A stretch of 64,000 bases of DNA from Dendrobates tinctorius (lineage: Eukaryota), in assembly GCF_039654945.1 (NCBI RefSeq), contig NW_027361982.1:3720001-3784000 (forward strand). The letters are read 5' to 3'. Below the pieces are notes generated by a model. It made no database searches. It saw only the letters and a program-made list of their open reading frames with translations, and was not told the origin of the DNA. The position numbers and the translations under genes were made by a program. Of the stretch, positions 63,231 through 64,000 are shown piece by piece; the stretch's first letter is position 1, and each line of letters begins with the position of its first letter.

Positions 63231-63239
63231 CCCCTAGAT

Positions 63240-63462
63240 CAGGGGTGCGGAACCTCAGGCCCCAGGGCCATTTACGGCCCTCCATGACCTTTAATCCGGC
63301 CCCCGGGCAGATTCTCAGGGATCACAGTACTTTGGCAGGGAGTTATGTTTTGATTGTCACCAACTCATTAATTTCTTCTTGCTTATGAGCACACACATGC
63401 AGTGTTCACTACTGAACACTGAAGGGCATGCAATGAAAGATTACGTCCTGAAACCAGTGTCA
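63240..63462. mobile_element. hAT-type element end
   Basis: CAGGGGTGCGGAACCTCAGGCCC...GGCCC...ATCCGGCCCC terminal pattern. Confidence 0.55.
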
Positions 63463-63856
63463 GGCTGGGGTCACACTGGCGAGGAATACGGCCGAGTGAG
63501 AGGCGCTAAAAGCACGCATTACACACGGACCAATTATTCTCTATGGGGCAGCTCCCATCAGCCGTATATTTCTCGTCTGTATTCTACGGTCCGTGCCAAT
63601 CGCAGCATGCTGCGATTGTCACCGTACTACACCCGTAATAAGCCAATGCAAGTCTATGTGTGCGCTAAAAATACGCATTACACACGGACCATATGTGTGT
63701 CTTGCGAGAAATACGCACCCGGTGTCTTTTAGAAAAGCCAGCAATTCAGTGCGCTATACAGTAAACTCACACTGACAGGTTTAATAACACAAACGAAAGA
63801 ATAGATATAGACACATAGAATACATACATATATGTATACATACATGTCATTGTGAC

Positions 63857-63888
<32 letters not shown>

Positions 63889-64000
63889 ATGTATATATAT
63901 ATTTATATTTCACAGAGTTCTTCATAGCAGAATAGCCGCAAATTCAATTGCCGGCTTCTGTGAAATCATTCCCCAACCCGACATGAAATAACACATGGTT
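63463..64000. mobile_element. Harbinger-type MITE (runs off the window)
   Basis: GGCTGGGGTCACACTGGCGAGGAATACG; 63463-63820 is the reverse complement of ~51640-52015. Confidence 0.85.

Overview
Vertebrate genomic DNA, most likely an anuran amphibian (inferred from the V-SINE, T2/Harbinger MITE repertoire and the protein sequences). About three quarters of the window is repeats. Bases 1-14921 are a decayed chromodomain-bearing Ty3/Gypsy retrotransposon on the minus strand, with a Tf1/sushi-type self-priming signal. Its gag is split by a 10-kb foldback hAT element, which itself hosts a second hAT element, an intact DD35E Tc1-like transposon and a deleted DD36E Tc1-like transposon. Bases 15-31 kb are a ~36-bp satellite field with a solo LTR, a V-SINE, a young L2 LINE and a local segmental duplication. 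Two host genes are recognisable: a complete three-exon PPP1R11 (minus strand, 119 aa) and the first coding exon of MGAT1 (plus strand). They are arranged head-to-head around a CpG-rich promoter at ~41-42 kb, a linkage suggestive of the ancestral MHC region. An orphan signal-peptide exon lies at ~32.1 kb. Intronic minisatellites include one carrying 15 perfect CRE sites and one carrying CTCF-like motifs. I found no wholly new coding system; the best leads are the intact DD35E transposase, the self-priming LTR element, the PPP1R11-MGAT1 linkage, the MGAT1 coding intron and the motif-bearing minisatellites.
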